Positions 18,384 through 27,117 are shown, numbered from the stretch's first letter. The stretch: DNA of 64,000 nt from an uncultured Gemmatimonadales bacterium (GCA_963798845.1 CAWCUS010000006.1:256001-320000), one strand, 5' to 3'. Translations and numbers: made by a program. Notes: generated by a model from the letters alone, not told the origin.

Positions 18384-19730
18384 CTAGAGCCTGTGGCCCG
18401 GTCCGGGCCCGATGTCGAGGCGTGCCAATGCACGCCCGGGTCGTTCAACACGGGAGTTAAGCCGCCGCACGCTCGAAGTCAAGGCCCTGATGAGATTTCC
18501 GGGCTCGTCGTCCCGGGGCTGCGGAGGCTGCCTGCGCTCCTCCACCGGCAGCGCCGATCCGACAGCCACACCGGGCCAGCCCCATAGCAGCAGAGCGGCG
18601 ACCAGCGGTGGCCCGGCGACGGCGGCCAGCGCCGGCGCCGGGCGCGCCAGCGGGCGGGCGGACGCCCCGTGGGGAAGGACCAGCAGCAGCAGCACCAGGG
18701 CGACGGCGACGCCGCCGAGCAGCCACCCCGCGGCGATGCTCCCGGCCGCCAGCGGTGCCCCGGGGGCGGACGACAGCCGGTACGCGCCCGCGACTCCCAC
18801 GAAGAGTGCGAGCCCCAGGCTGGTCGCCGCTCCCGACCTCCGCCCGCGCGCGGGCTCCAGCACCCGTCCGATCAGCGAAAGCGCCGCTGCATGGCCTGCG
18901 GCGAGCGCCGCCGCCCCGGCCCAGCCGGCGCCGCCCGAGAGCAGACCGGCGGCCACGACCCCGGCGAGCCCCACCGCCACCCATCTCCTGCCGGCGGTAC
19001 CGGGCCAGCCCAGCAGACCCGCCAGGGCGACGCCGCCGCCCACCGCCACCGTCATGGCCGAGAACGCGAACGGCGCCCCCGAACGGGCGACCACGGCCGC
19101 AGGGGCGCCGAGCACATAGAGGTCGAGGAAGAGGATCAGGCCGAGCGCCAGTGCCCCCCGGCGCCTCACCCCGCCCGCCCGGCGCTCGAGGCCACGGACG
19201 CCGGCGGGCGGGTCGACCGCGCGGGCGCTCGCGCCGGCGAGCGCGAGCAGCATGAGCGAAAGCGCCACCTGCGCCGGCACCCATCCGGGTGTCAGCGATA
19301 CGTCGGCCCCACCGCCCGCCACCCGGAGCAGCCCGTCAGCGACCAGCCCCGTCGCGGCCCCGGCCGCGACGCCCCGTGCGTCCAGCCGGCCGACACCCCA
19401 GGCGAGGAACAGCCCTGCGAATGCGAGCACGAGCGCGGATCCGCCCAGTCTCGTGGCCACATCGGGGTGCGACATCGGGAGCCGGAAGATCGCGACCCCG
19501 GCCGCGCTCACGGCGACCGCGCCCCCGCGTTCCAGCCATCGGCGCAGAGGGAGCAGCGGCACGAGAAGCGCCAGCAGCGGCGTCACGGCGAGAAGAAGGC
19601 GCCATGGCGATAAGGGGGGAGCCGCGGCGTCGCCCGCGACGTCGAGGAGGGAGGGGAAGAAGGCGCGCTGCGCTTCCGCGAGAAAAAGGAACACGAGCGC
19701 CGCCACGGCGAACGATCGGACCGCGCGCAC
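18384..19730 (-). CDS. Hypothetical polytopic membrane protein
   Basis: More than 10 hydrophobic segments. Starts 17 nt after the kinase stop. Confidence 0.7.
   Translation of the reverse strand: MRAVRSFAVAALVFLFLAEAQRAFFPSLLDVAGDAAAPPLSPWRLLLAVTPLLALLVPLLPLRRWLERGGAVAVSAAGVAIFRLPMSHPDVATRLGGSALVLAFAGLFLAWGVGRLDARGVAAGAATGLVADGLLRVAGGGADVSLTPGWVPAQVALSLMLLALAGASARAVDPPAGVRGLERRAGGVRRRGALALGLILFLDLYVLGAPAAVVARSGAPFAFSAMTVAVGGGVALAGLLGWPGTAGRRWVAVGLAGVVAAGLLSGGAGWAGAAALAAGHAAALSLIGRVLEPARGRRSGAATSLGLALFVGVAGAYRLSSAPGAPLAAGSIAAGWLLGGVAVALVLLLLVLPHGASARPLARPAPALAAVAGPPLVAALLLWGWPGVAVGSALPVEERRQPPQPRDDEPGNLIRALTSSVRRLNSRVERPGRALARLDIGPGPGHRL
18454..18482 (-). promoter_or_regulatory. Possible sigma70-type promoter for susCD
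   Basis: Minus strand TTGACT-17 nt-TAACTC in an AT-richer patch. The -10 match is imperfect. Confidence 0.35.
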
Positions 19731-19747
19731 CGGGTCGGCCGGCCCGG

Positions 19748-21904
19748 TCAGTCGGCCGGGGTTGCGGTCTTCCCTCCGCGGCCTTCCGCCCCCGCGGCGG
19801 CCCGAGGGGCGAGCGCCCGCTTCACCGGCTCACCCCGGGTTCCGGGGTTCAGGCGTACGGGCAGCTCCACCGTGAACCGCGTGCCTTTCCCGTAGGTGCT
19901 CTCCACGGTGATCCCACCCCCGAGCAGGGCGATGAGCTTGCGCGTGATGGACAGGCCCAGCCCCGTCCCGCCGTACTCGCGCGTTGGAGTCTGGTCCACC
20001 TGCCGGAAGTCGTCGAAGATCGCCTCCAGGTCCTTCTCCTTGATCCCGATGCCCGTGTCCTCCACGACGATCCGGACCCGCTCTGCAGCCGCCTGGTTCA
20101 CGATCACGGTCACGTGCCCCCGGGCCGTGAACTTGATGGCGTTCGACAGCAGGTTGAGGAGGATCTGCTTCACCTTCGTGCGGTCGGTGAACAGCGTCGT
20201 CAGCCCGGTATCGCCCTCGACCGTGAACGCCAGCCCCTTCTCCCGCACCAGCGGCTCCACCGCCTCGGAAAGCTCGCCCAGCATCTGCCGCAGCGACACT
20301 TCCTCCAGGTACACCGGCATCTTCCCGGCTTCGATCTTCGACAGATCCAGGATGTCGTTGATCAGGTCCAGCAGGTGCTGCGACGCGGTGTTGATCTTGT
20401 CCAGCCCGCTCCGCTGCTTGTCGGTGAGCTCACCGTAGATCTCCTCGCGCATGAGCGAGGTGTAGCCCAGCACGGCGTTGATCGGCGTGCGCAGCTCATG
20501 GCTCATGCTGGCGAGGAACTCGCTCTTCAGCCGCGACGCCCTCTCCAGCTCCTGGCTCTGCCACTCCAGGCGCCGGTTGCGCTCCTCCAGCTCCAGGGTC
20601 GCGGTGCGGACCCGGTCCTCCAGCCCTTCGTTGAGCTCCCGCAGCTCACGGGCGAGGCGCTCGTTCTCGACGACCTGGGCCAGATCGTGAATGACGCTCA
20701 CGATGGCGGACGGCTCGCCGCGGGCGTTCAGGATCTTGCTGCTCACCACCTCCACCGGGAACTCGGACCCCCGTTCCGGCTCGTGCAGCTCGAACTTGGC
20801 CACCCGCCTCGCCTCCGGCTGCAACAGGAAGTCGCTGATCAGGCTCGTGAACTTCGTGTCGTTCGCCCGGACGGCGCGCCGGCGAGCCGAATCCGCACCG
20901 GCCGCGGCGGGGGCCTCGAACAGGCGCTCCGCCTCCCGGTTCATCAGGATGATGTTCGACCGCTCATCCGTGACCAGGATCGGGTCGCCCACGTTCTCCA
21001 GAGTAGCATTCAGCCGCTCCCACTCCTCGCGAACCCGCTCCTCGGCGACCCGCGACCGCCGGAACTGCGTCTCGAGCTCCGTGAGCGCTCGCTTCAGGTC
21101 GGTGATGTCGCGCAGGATCGACAGCACGCTACCCTGCGGCCCGGTTTCGGGAACCGGCGTCGGCAGCACCTCGAACAGGAGGTCGGAGCCGTCGCCCGGG
21201 TCCACCAGGTTGAGCTCCCGCGGCTGCCCCTGGTGCGCGCTGATCACCAGCTGCGTCAGCATGGAGCTGAACAGGAGGTTGTTCAGCTGCACCGCCCTGC
21301 GGCGCCCTTCGTTGTCCGACGGAGAGGTCGAGAAGAGCTGATCGGCACGGTCGTTGGCAAGCACGATGTTGTTCCTGCCATCCGTCAGCACCACCGGGTC
21401 CGGCAGGCTGTTCACGATGCTCGTGAGCATCTCCCGCTCCCGCGACGACCGGTCCGCCCGGCGCTGCAGATCCCGCACCGCCCGAGTCTTCTCCAGGATC
21501 GGCAGGTAGCGCCCGAATACGTCTTCGATCGCCGCCAGCGCCTTCCGGTCCACCCCGTACTCCAGCACGACCGCCCCCCATGCCGCCTCGCCCCGCTCGC
21601 ACAGGGGGAGCACCTGGAGATCCGCCGTGTCCTCGGCAAGCGCCGGGATCCGCGCCTGTTCCCCGCTGCGCAGCGCGTCCCCCAGCGGCGAGTCCTCATG
21701 CGACGCCGCCTCTCGCACTCGCCTCTGCAGGCGCTCCGGCAGACCCATGCCTACGACATCGTACCGCCCCCCTTCACTGTAGACCACCAGCCCGCCGCCC
21801 AGCTGGCTCGCGCCCAGCGCGCGCTCCAGGACCAGGGAGAGCGCCTCGGCCGGCCCCTCGGAGCGGGCCAGACGTTCACTGAGCTCGGATGTGGCGATTT
21901 CCAT
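19748..21904 (-). CDS. Soluble sensor histidine kinase (GAF-like N-terminus, two PAS-like domains, HisKA, HATPase)
   Basis: H-box FLASMSHELRTPINA, N-box QILLNLLSNAIKFT, G-boxes DTGIGI and GGTGLGL. PAS-like repeats LPDPVVLTD and VGDPILVTD. No TM segment and no receiver domain. Confidence 0.93.
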   Translation of the reverse strand: MEIATSELSERLARSEGPAEALSLVLERALGASQLGGGLVVYSEGGRYDVVGMGLPERLQRRVREAASHEDSPLGDALRSGEQARIPALAEDTADLQVLPLCERGEAAWGAVVLEYGVDRKALAAIEDVFGRYLPILEKTRAVRDLQRRADRSSREREMLTSIVNSLPDPVVLTDGRNNIVLANDRADQLFSTSPSDNEGRRRAVQLNNLLFSSMLTQLVISAHQGQPRELNLVDPGDGSDLLFEVLPTPVPETGPQGSVLSILRDITDLKRALTELETQFRRSRVAEERVREEWERLNATLENVGDPILVTDERSNIILMNREAERLFEAPAAAGADSARRRAVRANDTKFTSLISDFLLQPEARRVAKFELHEPERGSEFPVEVVSSKILNARGEPSAIVSVIHDLAQVVENERLARELRELNEGLEDRVRTATLELEERNRRLEWQSQELERASRLKSEFLASMSHELRTPINAVLGYTSLMREEIYGELTDKQRSGLDKINTASQHLLDLINDILDLSKIEAGKMPVYLEEVSLRQMLGELSEAVEPLVREKGLAFTVEGDTGLTTLFTDRTKVKQILLNLLSNAIKFTARGHVTVIVNQAAAERVRIVVEDTGIGIKEKDLEAIFDDFRQVDQTPTREYGGTGLGLSITRKLIALLGGGITVESTYGKGTRFTVELPVRLNPGTRGEPVKRALAPRAAAGAEGRGGKTATPAD

Positions 21905-21918
21905 GACAACGGCGGGCC

Positions 21919-22218
21919 CTACTCCACCTGCTCGAGCCGGCGTCGCAGTTCCAGGTTTTCGGCTCGCATCCGCTCCAGCTCCGTCTGCTCGCCACTGGTG
22001 AGCGCCTGGGGGCGGGCGACGGTGGGGAGGACCCCGACGGCCTCAGCGTACTTCAGGTATGTGTCGATCGCCGCGACCACGATCCTGGCTTCCACGGTGA
22101 CCAGATCGATCCCGACGAGCGAGACGCGGACGTAGGCGTCGATGACGATGCCCTTGTCCAGGACCCGATCGAGGACGTCGATGAGGCTGGTTCCAGCGGG
22201 AGCCCTTTCAACCGCCAT
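21919..22218 (-). CDS. gvpA: Gas vesicle structural protein GvpA with C-terminal coiled-coil extension
   Basis: [52 protein letters not shown]. Confidence 0.93.
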   Translation of the reverse strand: MAVERAPAGTSLIDVLDRVLDKGIVIDAYVRVSLVGIDLVTVEARIVVAAIDTYLKYAEAVGVLPTVARPQALTSGEQTELERMRAENLELRRRLEQVE

Positions 22219-22556
22219 TATTGCCCCTCTCCGGAGTGGGGGAATGCGTCCTTCCGCAACTGCTGACGCTCCAGTGTCTGCAATCTTCGTGACAGGTCAT
22301 CCAGCTTGTGGGCAAGCGTGCCATCGCCGCTGGCGTGTGTGGACAGCCTCGGGTCGGTCTTCCACCAGTCCATGCCGATCTCCTCGGCCTTGTCCAGGGA
22401 GCACACGAGGAGGCGGATCTGGATGGTGAGCAGCTCGACGTCGGCGAGGCGGATGCGGATGTCGCCGGCGATCATGAGCCCCTTGTCCAGGACGCGGTCG
22501 AGCACATCGACCAGGCCCTGAGAGCGCTGCGGCCCCAATTCGTAGTGCTCCGCCAA
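22218..22556 (-). CDS. gvpJ: Gas vesicle protein GvpJ (GvpA family)
   Basis: [54 protein letters not shown] start. Confidence 0.88.
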   Translation of the reverse strand: MAEHYELGPQRSQGLVDVLDRVLDKGLMIAGDIRIRLADVELLTIQIRLLVCSLDKAEEIGMDWWKTDPRLSTHASGDGTLAHKLDDLSRRLQTLERQQLRKDAFPHSGEGQ

Positions 22557-22577
22557 TTGGACCTTTCCCGGTTGCGG

Positions 22578-22937
22578 TCAGACCAGTCGGCCCAGCGGAC
22601 CGAGGTCGATGTTCAGATCCTCTTTCGCGATCCCGAAGGCTGCGCGGATATCGTCCAGTCGCTCTTCCAGCCGCATGAGTGCGAGGCCGAGCCGCTCCGC
22701 CTCCTCGTCCGACAACGATCCCCCTTCCAACCGGCGCACGGCCTGGTGCTCCAGCATCTGCCGTATGAATTCGACGAGCGTGAGGACCAGCTTGCCCACG
22801 CCTGCCTCGATGTCGTCGGGCGATGCGTCGAGGCGTGACGGGAGACGCGGCGCCACCTCGCGGAGCTCGGCGGCGAGGCGCTCGAGCTCGGCGACGTGCG
22901 CGCCTCCAGCATGCTCCACCCGCTCGTCACAGCTCAT
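22578..22937 (-). CDS. gvpK: Gas vesicle protein GvpK
   Basis: GKLVLTLVEFIRQMLEHQAVRR...ERLGLALMRL...DLNIDLGPLG. The ATG at 22937 overlaps the upstream stop (ATGA). Confidence 0.92.
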   Translation of the reverse strand: MSCDERVEHAGGAHVAELERLAAELREVAPRLPSRLDASPDDIEAGVGKLVLTLVEFIRQMLEHQAVRRLEGGSLSDEEAERLGLALMRLEERLDDIRAAFGIAKEDLNIDLGPLGRLV

Positions 22938-23614
22938 ACAGCGAACCCGTAGGGCGGCCAGGGACCCGAAAATAGGAATCGGAGCTCCGGGTGCTGCGAA
23001 GGGAACTGCCGAATCCGCCGCTGGTAGGTGCCAGTATCGTGCCGGTCTACCAGGTGAGCGACGGAAGCCAGCGTGGAATCGCCGCCCGGGTCGACCCGCT
23101 GGTCCCTGGCGAGCGGCCCCAACCACGCGCGCATGGCCTCCGCCATATCGGCGCCCTGCCGTGCGCGTGCCCGCTCCGCTCGCCCGCGCCGGGAGAGGCC
23201 TTCGAGGTACGCCTTTCCGCTGCTTCGGTCGGGCTCGGCGGCGGCTGCGGCGGGGTCGAGGATGCGAGTCCCGAACTCGACGGCTCCCAGCACGTGTCGC
23301 AGCGACAGCTCCAGCGGAGCACGCCGCGCTGCAATCAATGCTTCCAGGGCCGACCAGCAGTCGAACCACTGACCGAATCGCATCGGAAGGGGCGTCCGGG
23401 ACCGGGTGGCGGCTCCGAGCACGGCGTTGTGGGTCCGGAGTGCCTCGAGAGAGGGGTGCGGCGCCCCGCGGCTCTCGGAAACCCAGGCAGTGAAGCCCTG
23501 CACGGGGACGGAGCGCACCGGAGCGCCGGCCAGTCCTGTGACGGCAGAAGGCTCGGGATGGTCGGCGGCGCCGAGGCAGTATAGGTAGACGGCACCGGCC
23601 AGCCGCGTCCTCAT
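22934..23614 (-). CDS. GvpL/GvpF family gas vesicle protein
   Basis: Motifs YLYCL, HNAVL, LPMRFG, GKAYL and SGPWPPYGF. Confidence 0.88.
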   Translation of the reverse strand: MRTRLAGAVYLYCLGAADHPEPSAVTGLAGAPVRSVPVQGFTAWVSESRGAPHPSLEALRTHNAVLGAATRSRTPLPMRFGQWFDCWSALEALIAARRAPLELSLRHVLGAVEFGTRILDPAAAAAEPDRSSGKAYLEGLSRRGRAERARARQGADMAEAMRAWLGPLARDQRVDPGGDSTLASVAHLVDRHDTGTYQRRIRQFPSQHPELRFLFSGPWPPYGFAV

Positions 23615-23874
23615 CCGGCGACGTCTTCTCCCGCGGGTCCGGCGGGGGACCGCGCACCGTTCCGCTCCCCTGCCAGCAGCGGCAGCCCGCCGCTTCTCCG
23701 CTCCAGCGCTTCCACCCCGCTCAGCAGGAGCCTCAGCTCCAGGTAGATCAGGTCGATCCCGGCCACGCCGATGGTGACGTCACCGCGCAGCACGACGCCA
23801 CGGTCCAGGACACGATCGACCAGCTCCACCAGGCGCAGCCGCTCGTCTGCTTCGAGCGGGGCGTCCTCACGCAC
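23611..23874 (-). CDS. GvpS/GvpM-like gas vesicle protein (GvpA family)
   Basis: LVELVDRVLDRGVVLRGDVTIGVAGIDLIYLELRLLL. Confidence 0.85.
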   Translation of the reverse strand: MREDAPLEADERLRLVELVDRVLDRGVVLRGDVTIGVAGIDLIYLELRLLLSGVEALERRSGGLPLLAGERNGARSPAGPAGEDVAG

Positions 23875-24652
23875 CGGGCGCCTCCAGGAAGCGGTACGGC
23901 GCCCAGGGGCCGGTGACGTCGACCGTCAGTCCGAGCGACTTCGCCCGCTCCGTCTCCTTGCGTGCGCGGTCGCGGAACGCCGCCTCCCGGCCGCGAGCCA
24001 CCAGGAAGGCCGCACTCGCCAGCACGGGCGCTGTCGACGGCGGCACGACGTGGCGCGCGTCCTCGGCCAGCCGCTCGAGTGAAGCCACCAGCTCCTGCGC
24101 GAGCCGCCGTGCGGCGGCTCGTCCCTCCCGCCTCGCCACGTCCGCGCGCTTCTTCCGCAGGAGGAACTGCTTCCCCGGCTTGGCCGCCTCGATCTCCTCG
24201 TCGAGGGCGGCTACCTCGTCCGAGATTTCCGCCAGGTGCCGATCCAGGGCCTCCGCGTCGTAGCCGACCTTCATGTCCCACTCGCGGGTGTCGGAAAACC
24301 GCTCGAGCTCGCGCTCGATCCGTCCCGCGTCGCGAGCGGCGGCTTCCAGGAGCTTCGCCTGGGAGCTGAAGAGGTTCACCACCCGGGACGGGAGGATCGA
24401 AGCGTGATCCACGAACCACGCGACGGTCTCCTCGTGGTGCAGCCCCAGCTCCGCCATCCACTCCACGTCGGCGCAGTGCCGCTCCAACCGCTCGCCCGTG
24501 AACTCCTCGGGGTCCACCCGCGAGATCACGGCACGGAAGGGCAGCCGGTCCGCGCCCGTCAGCTCCACCTCCGTGTCGCCGACGCCGAGCAGCCCGCCCG
24601 TGGGGAGCCTCGCCTCCGTGGGGACGAAGCCGTACAGGTAGATTGGGCTCAT
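23867..24652 (-). CDS. GvpL/GvpF family gas vesicle protein
   Basis: Motifs IYLYGFV, HEETV, EWDMKV, PGKQFL and TGPWAPYRF. Confidence 0.88.
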   Translation of the reverse strand: MSPIYLYGFVPTEARLPTGGLLGVGDTEVELTGADRLPFRAVISRVDPEEFTGERLERHCADVEWMAELGLHHEETVAWFVDHASILPSRVVNLFSSQAKLLEAAARDAGRIERELERFSDTREWDMKVGYDAEALDRHLAEISDEVAALDEEIEAAKPGKQFLLRKKRADVARREGRAAARRLAQELVASLERLAEDARHVVPPSTAPVLASAAFLVARGREAAFRDRARKETERAKSLGLTVDVTGPWAPYRFLEAPGA

Positions 24653-24704
24653 CCGACCCCCGTCCCGCGGGCCTCGCGCACGCCCGCACGCACGCCATTA
24701 CCCG

Positions 24705-25115
24705 TCATCCGTCATCGAATCCGAGCCTGAGGTCCACTTCGGCATCCCGGGCCGTGGCGACGTCGGGCGCCTCCTGTTCCTCGACCGTTTCCTGCTCCGC
24801 CTCCGCCGACGCTTCCGCCGACCCGCCAGCCCCTACCACGCGAACGGGTCCGCCCGACGTCGGCATCCCGTACTGCTGGCGCCACGCCCGGACCTCACGC
24901 AACCTCCGCATGAGCTCCGCCTCCGCGGCCGCGTACGTCTCCTCGTCCACCTCCCCCAGCTCCAGCGCCATCTGCAACTCCATCAGCTCCCGCTTCACAG
25001 CCAGGTCGTCCGTCAGGTCGGTGCGCACGGCCTCCTGCACCTTCTCCAGGGAGAAGCGAGTCAGGAACGACGGCCCCGTCACAGGCCAGAAGAGCAGGTG
25101 CTTGAAGAGCCCCAC
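24705..25115 (-). CDS. gvpG: Gas vesicle protein GvpG with acidic tail
   Basis: LLFWPVTG...ELMELQMALELGEVDEETYAAAEAELMRRL. Confidence 0.85.
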   Translation of the reverse strand: MGLFKHLLFWPVTGPSFLTRFSLEKVQEAVRTDLTDDLAVKRELMELQMALELGEVDEETYAAAEAELMRRLREVRAWRQQYGMPTSGGPVRVVGAGGSAEASAEAEQETVEEQEAPDVATARDAEVDLRLGFDDG

Positions 25116-25116
25116 G

Positions 25117-25932
25117 TCAGGTCCCGGCGCGCTCGAGCTTGAGCTTGATGTTCACGAAGTTGTACGGCGGCCAGGGGCCGGTGTACTTGAACGACAGCAA
25201 CTCCTCGTATTTCCGTGAGAGCGACTTCACAGCCTCGTCGAACTCCTCTTCCCTGGTCCGGACCACGAGGTAGGCGGCGTTGAGGATCATGCGATCGCCA
25301 ATCGGCTTGTTCGACCGGCTCGCGATGGCGAACGGCTTCAGCGACTGGTGGACATCCATCACGTAGCCGTTCGCCGCCTCCTCCAACCCGCTCTCCACAA
25401 GTCGCCCCAGCTGCATGCGGGCAAAATACGTCGAGCTCTGCTCGTTCTCGGTGATCTCCCGCTTCAGCCGGTGGATCTCCTCGTCCTCCTCTTCCAGGCG
25501 GCGCGCGACCTGGTCCCGGTCCCACAGGACCTTCAGGCCGAATTCGATCTTGTCCCGCATCTTGTCGAGCACGTCGTCGAACGCGCGGTACGTCGATTTG
25601 AGCAGCTCAACGATGTCGTCATGCGTCCGGAAGATGGTCCCGAACGACATCGGGATGACGGTGAACTCGCGCATCACAGACTCGTTCACCAGCTCGTGCG
25701 CCAGCACGTTCTCCCGCGTGGGATCGTAGATCCGGATCGGCGTGTCGCTCACCACCGCGGCGAGGTCCTGGAAATGCACGGTGTAAACGCGGCTCGAATC
25801 GCCCCCGATGCCGATCGCGCCGAAGTCCCGGGGTTCGCTCGTCTTGATGATGCAGTAGACGTACTTCCCTTCATCGGTGGCGGGATTCCGGTCGCCACCG
25901 ACCGGGTCGTACGGATGTCCGTCGTCTGGCAT
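25117..25932 (-). CDS. gvpF: Gas vesicle protein GvpF (GvpL/F family), first gene of the operon
   Basis: Motifs GKYVYCII, LAAVVSD, AHELVNE, VIPMSFGT, IEFGLKV and YTGPWPPYNFV. Start at MPDDGH (ATG 25932); the longer track ORF is run-on. Confidence 0.9.
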   Translation of the reverse strand: MPDDGHPYDPVGGDRNPATDEGKYVYCIIKTSEPRDFGAIGIGGDSSRVYTVHFQDLAAVVSDTPIRIYDPTRENVLAHELVNESVMREFTVIPMSFGTIFRTHDDIVELLKSTYRAFDDVLDKMRDKIEFGLKVLWDRDQVARRLEEEDEEIHRLKREITENEQSSTYFARMQLGRLVESGLEEAANGYVMDVHQSLKPFAIASRSNKPIGDRMILNAAYLVVRTREEEFDEAVKSLSRKYEELLSFKYTGPWPPYNFVNIKLKLERAGT

Positions 25933-26034
25933 GGCTGCGCCCGATTCGGAGCTGAGAAGTTGCCTTTTCACCCGAGCGGAAGTCACACAGGAGCCGGCGC
26001 CGCTCGGCTCGGGGTCGCGCTGGCGCCGTGTTGA

Positions 26035-26050
26035 TGCCAGCTTCGTGCCG
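26035..26050 (-). promoter_or_regulatory. Putative sigma54 (-24/-12) promoter of the gvp operon
   Basis: Minus strand CGGCACGAAGCTGGCA, which is GG-N10-GC with a GGCACG core, about 100 nt upstream of gvpF. Confidence 0.6.
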
Positions 26051-26201
26051 GACCCGCGACGCCGCCGTCCGGGCAAGCGCCGCCCCCGCGGTCCGCTGCG
26101 GCTCCGGTGTTCTGAACCGGCGCGCCCCTTGCGGTGCGCCCGGGCGAGGTCGGTCGAGAGCCGGGCGGCTCGGCATGCCCAGATACAGTGACCACAGACC
26201 C

Positions 26202-27113
26202 ATGTTGCGCACGTACGTCGTTCTCCTCGCGCTGGCGCTGCCGGCAGTGGCCTGCTCCCCGGTGCGAACCAAGGTACCGGAGAAGCCCGCTGCGGCGGCC
26301 CGGCTCGATCGCGGGCTCGCGGCCCTGAGCGAGCACCGATACCCGGACGCCTTCCAGGACCTGGCCTGGGTGTACGCCCACTGCCCTGGCCATGTGGCCG
26401 GATACCGTGCGGCCAGCGCCATGGCCGCACTGGAGCTGGACCCGCGCAACCCTGTGGGCCGACCGGCGGTCGGCACGGAGCTGCTGGGCGGGCTCCTCCG
26501 GTCCCCGGGAGTCCCCGCGTGGGAGCGGCCCCTCTCGGAGACCGGCTACCTGCTGGCCCTCGCCCTCGGCGCACCACCCGCACCGCAACCCGACGCCGGA
26601 ATGGCGGGACGCCCGGAGCAGCCGACCTCCGACCTGCCGGCGGGCGAGCCGGCGCAGAGGCCCGGCGGCCAGCACCCGCCCAGCGAGCCCGAGCCGGACA
26701 GCGGGCTCGTCCGCCCGGTCGCGCCGGACAGCGGGCTCGTCCGCCCCGTCGCGCCGGACACCGGCCTCGCTCGGCCGGCGGTTCAGGACAGCGCCACTCT
26801 CGCCGCACCCGGCGACACCGCGCCCGCCTCCGTCCGCGTGAGCGACGTCGGTCGCGTGAGCGACGTCGGTCGCGCGAGCGACGTCGGGGCCGGGCCCATC
26901 GCGGAGCCCGTGGAAGGGTGCGGCGAAGCGATCAGCGCGGAGGGATGGTCATCTCCACCGCTCCCCCGCCTTCCGGGTCCATCGCTGGCCGCGCTCGTGG
27001 CGCAGGTGGAAGCGCGCCGGGACACGCTCGCCGAGCAGCTGCGCATCACGCAGATGCAGCTCGACTCGGTTCGGGGCGAGCTCGAGCGCATTCGCAAGAC
27101 GCTGAAGCCATAG
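26202..27113 (+). CDS. Hypothetical lipoprotein with helical N-domain, Pro-rich repeat linker and C-terminal coiled coil
   Basis: Signal peptide with lipobox AVAC. C-terminus LAEQLRITQMQLDSVRGELERIRKTLKP. Ends 4 nt before the kinase. Confidence 0.75.
   Translation: MLRTYVVLLALALPAVACSPVRTKVPEKPAAAARLDRGLAALSEHRYPDAFQDLAWVYAHCPGHVAGYRAASAMAALELDPRNPVGRPAVGTELLGGLLRSPGVPAWERPLSETGYLLALALGAPPAPQPDAGMAGRPEQPTSDLPAGEPAQRPGGQHPPSEPEPDSGLVRPVAPDSGLVRPVAPDTGLARPAVQDSATLAAPGDTAPASVRVSDVGRVSDVGRASDVGAGPIAEPVEGCGEAISAEGWSSPPLPRLPGPSLAALVAQVEARRDTLAEQLRITQMQLDSVRGELERIRKTLKP
26693..26782 (+). repeat. 30-bp coding tandem repeat x3 (PDSGLVRPVA)
   Basis: gccggacagcgggctcgtccgcc(c/g)gtcgc twice, then a degenerate third copy. 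Confidence 0.85.
26835..26888 (+). repeat. 18-bp coding tandem repeat x3 (RVSDVG)
   Basis: cgcgtgagcgacgtcggt twice, then cgcgcgagcgacgtcggg. Confidence 0.85.
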
Positions 27114-27117
27114 CTCC

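Noticed and set aside
18412..18428. TTGGCACG on the minus strand as a sigma54 promoter for susC
   Set aside because: It lacks the GC dinucleotide at the -12 position.
25933..26030. Riboswitch in the gvp leader
   Set aside because: Only generic GC hairpins are present, with no recognisable aptamer consensus.
25933..26808. Long N-terminal extension of GvpF in the ORF track (563 aa)
   Set aside because: The extension is the antisense of the lipoprotein gene plus intergenic DNA. Family similarity starts just after MPDDGH.
26693..26888. Short direct repeats as a possible CRISPR array
   Set aside because: The repeats are contiguous with no spacers, are in-frame coding, and there are no cas genes.
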